Made by a program: the position numbers and the translations under genes. Of a stretch of DNA of 64,000 nt, positions 23,849-35,851 are shown in pieces. Within the stretch, counting starts at the first letter, position 1. Each line of letters starts with the position of its first letter. The stretch comes from Alloascoidea hylecoeti (lineage: Eukaryota): the NCBI GenBank assembly GCA_001600815.1, contig BCKZ01000005.1, positions 495,727 to 559,726 of the forward strand, read 5' to 3'. Under the pieces are notes generated by a model. That model saw nothing but the letters and a program-made list of their open reading frames with translations, was not told the DNA's origin and did no database searches.

Positions 23849-24472
23849 ATGCCACCAAAATTCGATCCCAGTGAGGTTAAGATCATCTATCTAAGAGCCA
23901 CAGGTGGTGAAGTCGGTGCTTCATCCGCATTGGCACCAAAAATTGGTCCTCTTGGTCTATCTCCAAAGAAGGTTGGTGAAGATATTGCCAAAGCTACCAC
24001 AAAATTCAAAGGTATCAAGGTTACTGTTCAACTCACAATCCAGAACCGTCAGGCTAAGGTATCAGTTGTTCCATCTGCTTCCTCGTTGGTTATCACTGCA
24101 TTGAAGGAGCCACCGAGAGATAAGAAGAAGGAGAAGAACATCAAACACAGTGGTAATATTCCATTGGAGGAGATCTTCGATATTGCCCGACAAATGAAGG
24201 ACAAGTCTTTCGCTAAATCATTAGCTGGTGTTACAAAGGAAATTTTAGGTACTGCTCAATCTGTTGGCTGTCGTGTTGACGGTAAAAACCCACACGACAT
24301 TATTGATGCCATTAACAATGGTGATATTGATGGTAAGTTAAATCTTGAATTATATTAAATCCCAAAGCCCTAAGAAAATATCGATAGGGTTTATGGTTTA
24401 CAGGCATATATAAATTGAAAAAATATTCTTAACTAACTTCTTTTCTTTTTTATTTTAGTTCCTGAGGAGTAA
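23849..24472 (+). CDS. RPL12: 60S ribosomal protein L12 (uL11); exons 23849-24332, 24459-24472
   Basis: [11 protein letters not shown]...[32 protein letters not shown]...ACTAAC...TAG intron at 24333-24458 gives the C-terminus ...GDIDVPEE*. Confidence 0.95.
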
Positions 24473-25293
24473 ACAACAAATAAATGTACAAAAATCCTAT
24501 ATAACGTTTTAATGCTAATATTTTTCCAACGCTTACAATTGACAAATGCATAAGTAACTTCATTAAATAATAACACTCATGATGATACCCGAATTCTAGA
24601 CCGCTCAAGTCCTACCCATTGGCAATGATTTCATAATCTTTTTTTCCAAGAAAATATTTTTAATGCTAAGATCTTTTTTCGATTTATTTTGGCTTCATTT
24701 ATATAGACGTTTGCCAACACTCTGGTGACAGATCTTCATTGAACTTGATTCATTGAAGCCATATCGGTTTCCTATTTTGGTGCAAACAAGATTAATTAGA
24801 AACTTACTCACCGCTATAGTCTTTCTGTGATTATAGAGGTCCTATTTATGTTCATAACTTCTGACATTTTTTTTATTAGTTTATTATTGTAATTACAACT
24901 TGATACCGACTTAGAATATGACTTCCTGCTTATAGTCGTAGTTTGTGTATTTTAGATTAGATTGGAATTTAATTTAAATTTTCAGCCACCACTTATATTT
25001 TCATCGAGTTTTTGGATTTATAGATTTAACCTATTAAAAATTAAATGTGGGGGTAGAAAGGATGTATTGTATATTTGTGGGTTAACAATTGTGACAAGAA
25101 GTCATCCGCTCATACTTTATTCATATTTTTATATTTGTTTACACACTCTTTTTTTTGTTTGTGGTTTAATCTTGTTAAACGTGTTTCCTTTTATTAATAT
25201 CTTTATTTCCGTATTGCCAGAATCAAAAAGTATAATTGTTCATTTCCTATTAGGTTAATAAACAAAACAAACAACCAAAACAAAACAAAAAGA

Positions 25294-26907
25294 ATGTCGG
25301 ATTCTATTGGTATGCCCTTATTTTTAGTTGCATTTATTTAAGACATTATATTTTATTTAAAAAACGGTTAAAGTGAAAATAATTAACTAATGATTTTATC
25401 CCTATACAGATCGAGTATTCGCAAAAGCAATTTCAACTATAAAAGCCTTATCAACAAAGAGTGGGTATGGATCTTTACCTCGTCCACCGATAGAAAGCAG
25501 AATTCATTTATATGGCTTATATAAACAAGCCACTGGTACGTTATTCATTGGAAATATAATAGTTGACGTTAAATATTGGAGACAATTAAACTAACAAACC
25601 ATATATAGAGGGAAATGTAATTGGGATCATGACTAGGCCCAATGGGAATAGTAACGAGGACGAAGCAGCAAGAAGAAAATGGTATGTCGTCTTGGTGTTA
25701 TATCGAATATTTATTGTCAAAGCATATAACTAACTTTTATACTTCGATGATCATTAGGGATGCTTGGAAATCGCAAGAAGGTATTTCAAGCACCGAGGCA
25801 AAGCGTCGTTATATATCTTATTTGATAGAAACAATGAGATTATATGCCAGTGGTACACACGAAGCTCGAGAACTTCTTTCAGAACTTGAATATCTCTGGG
25901 ACCAAATCAGAGATGTAGAACCAACAGAAGAAGATTCAGATTTACCTACTCCGTTAGGATTACATGATCATAATACTTCAATTAGCTCTGCTGCTGCTGC
26001 AGTTCTTAGAAGTACCAGAGGAAGTATAAGTAATATCAATTTATCCGGTAATTCTTTAAGAAATGGGCTTAATAGAGATCTGAATAGAGATAGAGATAGA
26101 GGTCGGCAATTAAGAGATTTACCACAAGATTATGGGAATGATAGTGGTTTATTGCGATTTAATAGTGTTGTATCGGCACCGGATCCGAGATATTCAAAAG
26201 GTGAAGAACCTACTACTACCTCGGCACTTTTCTCACAAAGTTATGATGATTTGTATGGTATGGATAATTTAACTCCAATTGAAAGGATAGGATTACGTCG
26301 ATGGAGACGAGAAGTTACAACTGCTTTGGAATCATTAACTAAACAAGTTGATTCTTTAAAGAATTCTAGTGATAGTGGTAATAATACTGCTTTGAATAGT
26401 ATTACAGGGAAATTAAATGATACTCAAGAGATGATATTTGATAAAATTTTGAAGAGTTCACAACGAGGAATAGTTCGATCTCCATTAACTAGTAATCCTG
26501 ATCATCTATATGGATCGAGTAGGAAATATGATACTAGTTTTGAAGATAGTGATAGAACTTTGGCTAACTTGACGGACACAACAACTCGTTCAGGAAATTT
26601 TGGTGGAAATTATCCATATTATTATGGAGGTTATAATAATTCCCGAGAATCTAGAAGTAAAAGCAGACCTGGTAATGATAATGGGAACAACCGGAAGAGG
26701 GTAGTACAGGCGTGGTGGATGTCAGTATCTAAAATCCTATGGTCACTTACAAAGCATTTACTAGTTGATGTACTGTTAATTTTGGCTGCTTACGCTTTTA
26801 TTAAAAGACGCCTTCGTAAGGTAGAAAAATCACAATTGGAGAAGTTGAATGGTAAGATATCTCCCACCTTAAAAGCATTAATTAGTGCTAATACACAGAC
26901 CCCTTAA
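25294..26907 (+). CDS. ATG37: Membrane-anchored acyl-CoA-binding protein, Atg37/ACBD5-like (exons 25294-25309, 25410-25535, 25609-25681, 25758-26907)
   Basis: Spliced N-terminus MSDSIDRVFAKAISTIK...PRPPIESRIHLYGLYKQATEGNV...ARRKWDAWKSQEGISSTEAKRRYI (ACB domain); hydrophobic segment near the C-terminus followed by KRR. Confidence 0.82.
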
Positions 26908-27267
26908 TAAATAAAATATAGATTAAAAAATCGTTCTCCATTTCTTTTAGATTATAATTATAAATTTGCTAATAAAATATTAAATAGGTGCCTTTCTGTT
27001 TTTAGCTATATATCTAGATCTTTGTTAAGATGCATACCATTAATTAAGATATTGTAATATGCGTATAGTTTCAAGATCTAGAGGTTACCAATGTTAAATC
27101 ACAAATTAATTGCAACATTGGTACTTTGTGTTCTATTTAATTAAGTTGTTATTAGCTATTATTTAAAGATTACTATTAACTGTTTCTATATTGTTATATA
27201 ATTTTGTCTATTCTCATGTTTTCAATCCTATAGTGATGCAAAAATGACATCGTCATTTCCCCGCGTA

Positions 27268-27579
27268 ATGAACCCAAATAACATTTACCACCTAATTTTT
27301 AAAATCAATGAAGTATCCAAAAGGCATGTACCTGATACTATAGTTACGTCTCTGAAAAAAAATCCTCATTTTATACTTGGATAATGAAAGCAAACGGAAG
27401 GCACAGAACCGGGCTGCACAAAGAACATCGATTACAGGATTTGGAGGATAAAGTCAAAGAACTAGAAGATGAAAAGAGCATCGCTCATTCTAAGAATGAA
27501 TTTTAATGATTACAGGTACCGGTTGAAAGATTCAAAGTGATGTTAGACAAATTAACAAAGCAATAATATCAAAGTTCAA
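27268..27579 (+). pseudogene. Decayed inverted copy of the 5' (bZIP) part of YAP1
   Basis: Matches the reverse complement of ~20300-20630, including an identical ~50-nt block ACTTGGATAATGAAAGCAAACGGAAGGCACAGAACCGGGCTGCACAAAGA. Carries a 20-nt deletion, frameshifts and stops. Confidence 0.9.
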
Positions 27580-27959
27580 ATCCCGAATAAGCAAGCAACC
27601 ATATTATTGACTTGTTTTTCCCGAATATATCGCTGGCCGTTAGACGTTTTTTGTCAACGATTATTTTCTCACTTTTAGCTAAAGCAATTATTTGGTTTGG
27701 ATGGTGAAGCTTTCCGTATCATCCGTTAATAGTCAAAAATACTGTCTTGGGACCAAAAGGGATAATAGTGGAAAATTTAGAGCATGACCAACCTTTTCAA
27801 GAACATTAGCTGGTTCAGTAGCACTTGGAAACTGCAATTCAACAGCACCATAACCAAATTCCTTAACTGGCTTAGAGCTGACAGTAATAAGATGTTCAAT
27901 ATATCTCACAACCACAGGTTATCAGGGCTCGTAACTATTGGTTGTGAGATAAATTGAGA

Positions 27960-29100
27960 ATCTTCCCTATCCATTCCTCTTCGGTTAGACATTGTTAAAT
28001 CATAAATAATAATATCATCCATACTAAAGGCCACTATTCTTTTTGAATCAGCACAAGCTGATAGAAAATGAAATCCATATTTTTTATTCTTATATTCTTT
28101 TAATAATTTTTGATCATTTATATTCCAAATCCTAATTGTCAGGTTCTCATAACTTAAACCGTAGCTACCCGGCTCTTAGGGGCCTATAAAACCGCTTATA
28201 TCCTTACATGGGGGAACTATTACAAAATCCACCACCTCTCCATCACTGTGTATAAAACCACTATATCTTTACACCAATAGTCAAATCGTAACTAATAGTA
28301 ATGATTTTATCATCAGCTATATATAAATTTCATACTGGTTGATTTGTTTATAAATCCCGTACTGTTAGCTTGTAATGAACCAGAAAATAAGTATTGATCG
28401 TTTACTGTGATGCATTGCATAGAATGATATAAAAATTCTTGAATTATTTGACCAGTTTCAATACTCCTAGTTGTTACAACACTATCTTCTAGACTATATA
28501 TACCATTACGAATGTAGATGCTGTTAACGGAACCATCTATTTCTAAATGGTGTTATAAATTAAATTCTAGATGTCCAAAACTATCAAGACTTGATTTCCG
28601 AATATTAATATAACCAACCTGGGAACAGCACACAAAATAATCATTCCATGAAGCGGTATCATTTATAACTAAATGAGGATATGTTTCTGTTGGGTACCAT
28701 CAAACGATGTATTGATTTAAAATCTGGTAATTTTCAAATTATACAAGTAGATGAACCAGAAACCAAATATTTATCATTAATATGAATACATGTAACACTA
28801 CGATCTTTTTAAAATCCAATTTTTAAATAATCTAACACAAAATGTTTTATCAGAAGGATCAATTTTATATTTTTTAAATTCAATTCTAAAAGATAAGGTT
28901 CTTTATATAACTCATACCATGAGTCAGTCTCTGAATCATCGTTATTGTATTTCCAAAATTTTTGATCTTGAAACTCATTTTCATCTATTTGTTTACAAGA
29001 TTTAGATACTTTCTGCAATTAAGTAAAGTTTTTGGTGGGAAATCTGAGAAGATTAATTCAGATATTTCATTGGGAGTTCGGAAACTAAATTTGTTGTCTT
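27960..29100 (-). pseudogene. Disrupted F-box/WD40 gene
   Basis: Minus-strand pieces: F-box PNEISELIFSDFPPKTLLNC/KVSKSCKQI, WD repeats SVTCIHINDKYLVSGSS..II*KL, CITVNDQYLFSGS, IITISYDLT/IRIWNINDQKLLKEY. Several stops and frameshifts plus a mini-LTR insertion. Boundaries approximate. Confidence 0.75.
28137..28273. mobile_element. Mini-LTR/TRIM-like element of the same family as 17811-17947, opposite orientation
   Basis: TGTCAGGTTCTCA...TATATCCTTACA, a 42-nt internal piece starting TGG, then a partial second end TATAAAACCACTATATCTTTACA. Flanks CTAAT/CCAAT (4 of 5 match). Removal restores DLTIRIWN. Confidence 0.75.
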
Positions 29101-29225
29101 CTCAAGATTTTTGTATACCATTTTTCCGGTCACCTTGTTTGGTCTATATTGGCATCAATCCTTGGCTTCTTAACTATGATGAACTTTTCTCAACACCCCT
29201 TTTTGAAACTAACTCAACCAACCGC

Positions 29226-29250
29226 CAACAACAGCAACAACAACAACAAC

Positions 29251-29309
<59 letters not shown>
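29226..29309. repeat. Compound microsatellite (CAA)~9(TAA)19
   Basis: Read directly; lies at the boundary of the gene-poor region. Confidence 0.95.
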
Positions 29310-29313
<4 letters not shown>

Positions 29314-32300
29314 CAATTCTGAAATTGTATGTAAATAAATAAATTGCAAATAGAATCAATTTAGTCTTTTTTCCAATTTACTCAATTCATTACCATATAG
29401 AGTAAGTCTTCATCTGTGCATATCTATATGGAGTAAATATGTATATCCTTAGAGTCATATTAGGAAGTTACCCGTCAATGGATAAGTTATCGAGCTGTCC
29501 CTTAAGTATGTATGCGGGCTCTTTTTAGATAGTTCTAATAATTTTTATTGAAATGTCGACGTAACGTATAAATAAGGTGATGTTTAGGACATGGTACTAA
29601 ATGTTACTCAATTGAAAGATTGAGTACAACCGAATGAATAATATTCGTATTTTAAAATATACCATAGAATATTTCATCAGATGCTTCGAAAGCCATCCAA
29701 GAAGTGATCAACGACTTTCAGGTCTAGGGAGATTTTATTTCTGCAATTTCAATAAAAATTTGGACACATTTGAAAAACTGTCCGAAGATACAGGTAAAAG
29801 AGTAACAAACTTATTACAAAATATTTGTAAATTCGTAAAGTTCTTTAATTGGGGCAGCTGATAGTCAAAGGAATACTACAATTATGCGAATGTATAGAAG
29901 ATATTGCGATCGGTAGAGAAGAATTGAAAAATAAAATACAGTGGCTTCTCTCTCTACCCAGCTTCATATACTGCGATAGCTGTTGGTTTAAAATTATGAT
30001 TTCTATATTCTTACTTTATATCATTTTACTAGTGAAATATTGTTGAATAGTTCTCCTTTACAGAATAGAAATCTTTTCAAAAATTACAAATTATATTAAC
30101 CTATTCCTCTATTATAATTATTATGAATAATGAACAGTTTTAATGCATTGATATATCGGTTCATAATCATCATTAATTTCAAAATAAATATATTAATGAA
30201 ATAACTATTTTACATGTGTAGAGTATATAATAATTGGAGTATTGCAATATTAATCTTGTACAACATAAGTGGAATAAAAATTGTTCATGGAATACTGTGT
30301 CCCATCCATCTTAATTGAAACACTTACTGCTTATAAGACCTTCGATTACAAATTCTTGCTTAATTAATTATAAAAAGGTTATAATGGATTAGATCGGCTT
30401 CATATCAGAGATCGTGATATCTATAATGGATTAGCTGTCGATATATGGGAGCAAACCATTTAAAATAAAGAGACATTTCCGGTGTTGTCTCTTTATATCT
30501 AATATGTATAACTAATCATGAGTATACTAATACATCTGGTTATATCCTTAAAAACAATCTATTTTATGTCATAATAATAATTAGTTATATTCATATTTAT
30601 ATTTATAGGCTGAACCCAGTAAATGTGGCTGACTTTACATGCCAATTGAAAGCCATAGAAAGATCAGTGATTTTAATAATATTAATGTTGTACCGGTATA
30701 TATCTCCATTAATTCTAGAAGTATGTCCCCAGATGAAGAATATGTACTAAATATGGAGATGTTCCATAGAAACTTTTATTTGGCCGTGGGATTTTGAGCC
30801 TTTAAATTTGACGCGTGTTTGTAACTAATTTTTTTTTTATTGCCTAATAATAGCTATAACTAAGAAAAAATTTTGACTAAAGTTATATATTACTTAGATA
30901 CACCTAGTTATATATTAGTACTTTCTGGCACACCACTAGCTATAGTACTCTTTTTTTTGTTCAATAATCAATTATATTGTATAGAATAGAATTTTTTGGT
31001 TCAGATTTGGAATTGATTCTATGGTACTAAATGTTTATAAAATGGACTGTAGCTGGGTAAATGAATTTCAGGTTTTGGTATATCTAAACATTAGTTGTAT
31101 ATCTAATTAAGGTTATAAAATATATTGAAGTTAGAGCTTACAAATACAACCCGAGGAAATATTTTGAATACCATATCTAGCTATAACTTTTAATTATAAT
31201 TATATATCCGGGTTGGTCATAAGGCCTTGAAATTTAAAGATAAAACATTGAAAACTAATGAGAGTTTTTAGAAGTTTATTTGCAATTTGAAGATCGATTA
31301 TTCTAGAATAGTGTACGAAACTTCCAGAACCAATGACTATAGCTGTAATGTATTCACGTTTTAAATTTGTCTAGTTTTGGGAGGATTACCGCTGAAGTTT
31401 CATTTTGAACCTTCACTAATATATTAATTTACACATATATGCATATGCACAGATATGCATTCATAACACTGATCCGAAAATGGCCAATACACTAACATGC
31501 GTTCAATTGTTATGTCGCGAATTCTATGAGTAACGCATATTAATTACTTTATGAGGTAGTATGTATAATTAGCTTTACGCTTGTATTTCTTATTTATGAT
31601 AACCAATATATGATCAGCTGCAGATACATATACGCTTATATTGACAATTTGATATATTTGTTCTGAGTTTTACCTTGTTAAAAGCGTCGACTCGCTCTTG
31701 GACTTTGCATCCTAGCTAAATTTTCACAATTAAAGTAAACCTTCTGACTATAGCTGAAATTATTCCAACTAATATCTGTAAATATTAGATACTACTCACG
31801 ATATAACCCAGAATACATCTGCATATACGGTACCAATATATTAGAGTTATATTATTGTATAAATCTCCTGTGATTATATATAAATATATAATCATAATCA
31901 AATATCTTCTAGAAGAGATGTAATTATAATAATATTGCCATAAATTAATTTATCGCACAAATTGGAGACGTTTAAATATGAAGATATTTCTGGCAACTCC
32001 TTACTATATAGATCGATCTAGAATTGTAAGAGTTTACAAAATTTTCCTCTTATTTTAGTTATATATATTTCTAAATTATTTACATATTTTATATACCTAA
32101 GAGGGAAAAATTAGTTCTCTTGTATACTATATTTTATGTATTCTAAACTTGTTCAATATTTATATAGGCCCTATAGCTATAGTATATAAATAAGCCATGG
32201 AAAGCTGTTGGATCATATGTATTCAACCGCTTTAATGTATACATTTACGTACTTTGCTACTATATCATACTATAACTAGGAATAATTAATATAACTGACA

Positions 32301-32979
32301 ATTTGAAAGGATATTTAGCTTGTATGTAATTAATAGAATATATATTTTACTATTCTTACAAATTAATTCAATTGATATTATAACTTGTAAGACTTCTAGA
32401 ATTACATCTTCTCGTTATGTTTAGCTTAATCTTCACAATTCTTACCCTTAATAATTATAAGGAGATTTCATGATCAAATATTCTATCAATCGCAACATTA
32501 ACAGCAATCTCTTCTTTTTCTATTCTTTAACAACATTCACACTTATATACGGCCATTGCCCTTACTCAATTATTACCTTATATATCATGTAATGATAAAG
32601 ATGTCGACAGCGCTCTAGATCTGTTAATTGATCTGTCAGTTGCATTTACAAAAATCATTCCGATCGATTATTACAGTACCAATGTAATAAATATGGTACC
32701 ATCACGAATCACGATATTAGAGAGTGATGATCATGATCAACAGAATTATAAACTCTTCAGTTGATTTTAATCAGTTAAAACAGGGGTCATAATTGATGGG
32801 GTTTAATAATAGATGGAAAAAGGTGATCATAGGTTCAAAAGATGTTATATATGATTTGGATTATCCATGCATATCAACCTGTTAATTTAATGCAGGGTCC
32901 TGTTCATAGACGCCGCGGCCACACAATTCAAATGTTGAACGGTGAAATTATTATATGATGACATAGAATTGGTGCAACG

Positions 32980-33535
32980 TTTAAAACCAAAAAGATATGT
33001 AAATACCTTGGGGCACATTAATTCAATTAAAAAAGATTGGTTTGGATTGGGCCATGGAGCTAGGTACCAATAATATATTATAAACATTGGTCATATTCAT
33101 ACGATTGTAACATAATCAGTTATGACTAGTACTACTAAGGAGATTTAAGTAATATGACATCCCATCACCACTGGGCAAGTCTTATTTATATACAGCTTAT
33201 GACAGTTAACATAATTATAACATTGAAATACTGCCGCTGTTGTTTACTACTAAAATCAATATTAATTATTTGGTTAGTTAACCTTTTAGAAATATTTTGA
33301 GCTAAAAACTGTTTTTCTTCCTTTAGCAGTGTGCTAGGAATTATCCAATAAGCATTATTAATTAACATATCATAGACTATAGTTATTAAACCTAAGTAAT
33401 ACATTACTTTGGGATTTAAAAATGAATGGTTAATATTGTAATTTAACGCCTCAAATATAAAATCGATTTCACTTTTATCTTCTAACTTTAACTCGAGGAC
33501 TAAATGAAAGATCCTCAAGTTTTCTTGATAATATT
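32980..33535 (-). mobile_element. Highly degenerate Ty1/copia reverse-transcriptase relic
   Basis: Ordered minus-strand motifs YQENLRIF (YVDDL-like), DKSEIDFIFEALN, MYYLGLITI, QRQYFNVI and NPNQS...KVFTYLFG follow the copia RT order. Weak similarity, judged by eye. Confidence 0.4.
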
Positions 33536-35754
33536 GATTAATTTATTTTTAAGTGCAATTCTAGTACTGATATAATATCAATCAGAGATGATGTATTCTG
33601 ATTGGAATTTGTCAAATTAAACTCGTAAAGTTTTATGATTAGAAGCTCAAAGTTATATATATATTTATTAACCCAATCTGATTATTATAAGCAATGCGTA
33701 GCTATGGCATTGGTATGACATTATTTCCTCATTTGAAAAGGAGGTTATTCATCCGTTATCTCGGGAATTATTTCTACTTAATATTTAATAATATTAATAT
33801 TAAGATTGCAATTGTCATATCGTTAGCGCCCATGTTCAATGACATTTTCCCACTCTAGGGGGTCCAGGGTTATCTCAAAAAACCAGGATATTTTGATATT
33901 ATGTTAAATTCAAAAACTCCTTGTTACAATCCTAAGCTTATATATATACATATATAAGTTATACAATCATTAATAAAAAATGAGCTTGTCTCTAGAATGT
34001 TCTAGAACATGGGTTCATTTAGGAAGACTTATCGCAGTCGCAAATACTTCTTAGAAACTGTTCTTAAAACTTCTAGAATTCCTTTTGAAATTGATTAGAT
34101 AGAAATAACTGTAATTCCGTCGTATATAGATCTTCTTTTCCATCGTTAACGGCTCTTTTAATTTTAATTTTCAAATTACATGTAAATTCCATGGTAAATT
34201 TAAAGCATGATATGCTTCTAAGATTTGCATGGTTGATGCTCTCCATAATACATGTATATGCTGCAAAGAAGATCATTGCATGAGAATTATAAAACATCTA
34301 TAAGATCTTTTAAATATAGGAGAGTTGATCTTTGCAATTGAAGTACACTATATTAAGTTATTAAATGACTAAAACTATAAATCTATATTAAGTACTAGTA
34401 AACGTTGATACATCAACTTTAAACTCGGGAATTTCATGATGAGTACTACGTATCATTTGCAGTTAAGTGTGCATGCACCTAGAGCTCGAGTTTAATAAGA
34501 TCAACATTTCAATATTCCAGATATATATAATTAATTATCAAGCCGTGATTTATTTTAACGTTAAAATGTTAATCCAATACTAATATCTAAGTAAATCTCT
34601 ATTGATTAATATGAAGTGCAATATATGGCTAATTTATGACTATGGAAAGAGAACTAGATGGATATATTATATGATATCGATGAGTTAAGTAGCATTGATA
34701 GTACAATAAGTTATATATATGTTAAGGTTATCATATTAATAGAGTAGACTGTATAATTACAATGGAAATTGGGTATTTTTGATTTGCAATTAACAACATA
34801 TTGTTGTATTACCTCACTGGTCTATATGTCGTGATTCACTTTAACAGAAGATCAATATTATTAACCTGGATATTGGTTATCGGGGGATAATTTGGTGAGA
34901 ATATAAATATTATCCATATTACAATTGATAATGATATAGTTAAAAGAGAACTTGTGGTAGAGTTTAATTAACTTTTATAGCCATACTTATGCATCATGTA
35001 TGTTGCTCATTACATACACAATTGCAATGGTTGAAAGGAAGAAATTCGTTTGCAAATTAGGACATTGTAAAATTATCCGTAAAACTGAATTGAAGGTGAT
35101 CAACTAAATATTGGAAATGAGTTGAATAGTTGTGCTAATATCAAAGAGTATTCAAATTGAAGCTTTATATAGTTATATTCATCATATTTGAAGGTTGTTG
35201 TCCTAGCTATAGATGCAACATCTATTACTTAATCTTATAATTAATGTATTTCAATACCACCAGTTTTATGGATCGACTTTCACGAGCTACATAGGAAAAT
35301 TGATCTGATTTTAACCAATAAATAAGATGAAACTTTTTTGCTTATCTAGTATATACACAATAAATAGGATAAAATGTTGTTGTGACACCTGAGTACTGAA
35401 GAGCTATAATTACATATATGATTGATACGTTTTAGATTTATACTTACATGCACTTAATAGTCCTATTGGTACTGCATTTTTCAAATTTTTTACTTTCAAT
35501 TAAACCTAGTTTAGACTTATATTCTTGATCAATTCTGACCCGGAACAAATATTGCTAATTTTAAGGTAGTTTATTGCGAAGTCTAAAAAACATTGTATGA
35601 CAGACTTCAATATTATTTCGAGGGAATTGTATGCATTCTTGCATGCATAAAGATCTTAGCCTGTATGCATGGCATATGGAATTGGCCAATAGCTTTATAT
35701 TATAACCAGATGTTGACATAACTTTGTTTCAATCAGAAGCGCATAAGCCTCTTT

Positions 35755-35851
35755 ATAAACCTTATTTTAGAAGATCTCATCAAAACCTTAATCATTTTAA
35801 CCTCGAAATATAAATTGAAGTTTCGATGAGACATTCTCAAATAAAAGTTAT
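35755..35851. repeat. Imperfect inverted repeat with dispersed copies (MITE/terminal-repeat relic)
   Basis: Arms 35755-35786 and 35820-35851. The reverse complement of 35755-35815 closely matches 62807-62870; the core GTTTTGATGAGATATT recurs at 49652-49667. Confidence 0.55.

Noticed and set aside
29174..29359. Poly-Tyr/Cys and poly-Gln ORFs
   Set aside because: Translations of the CAA/TAA microsatellite.
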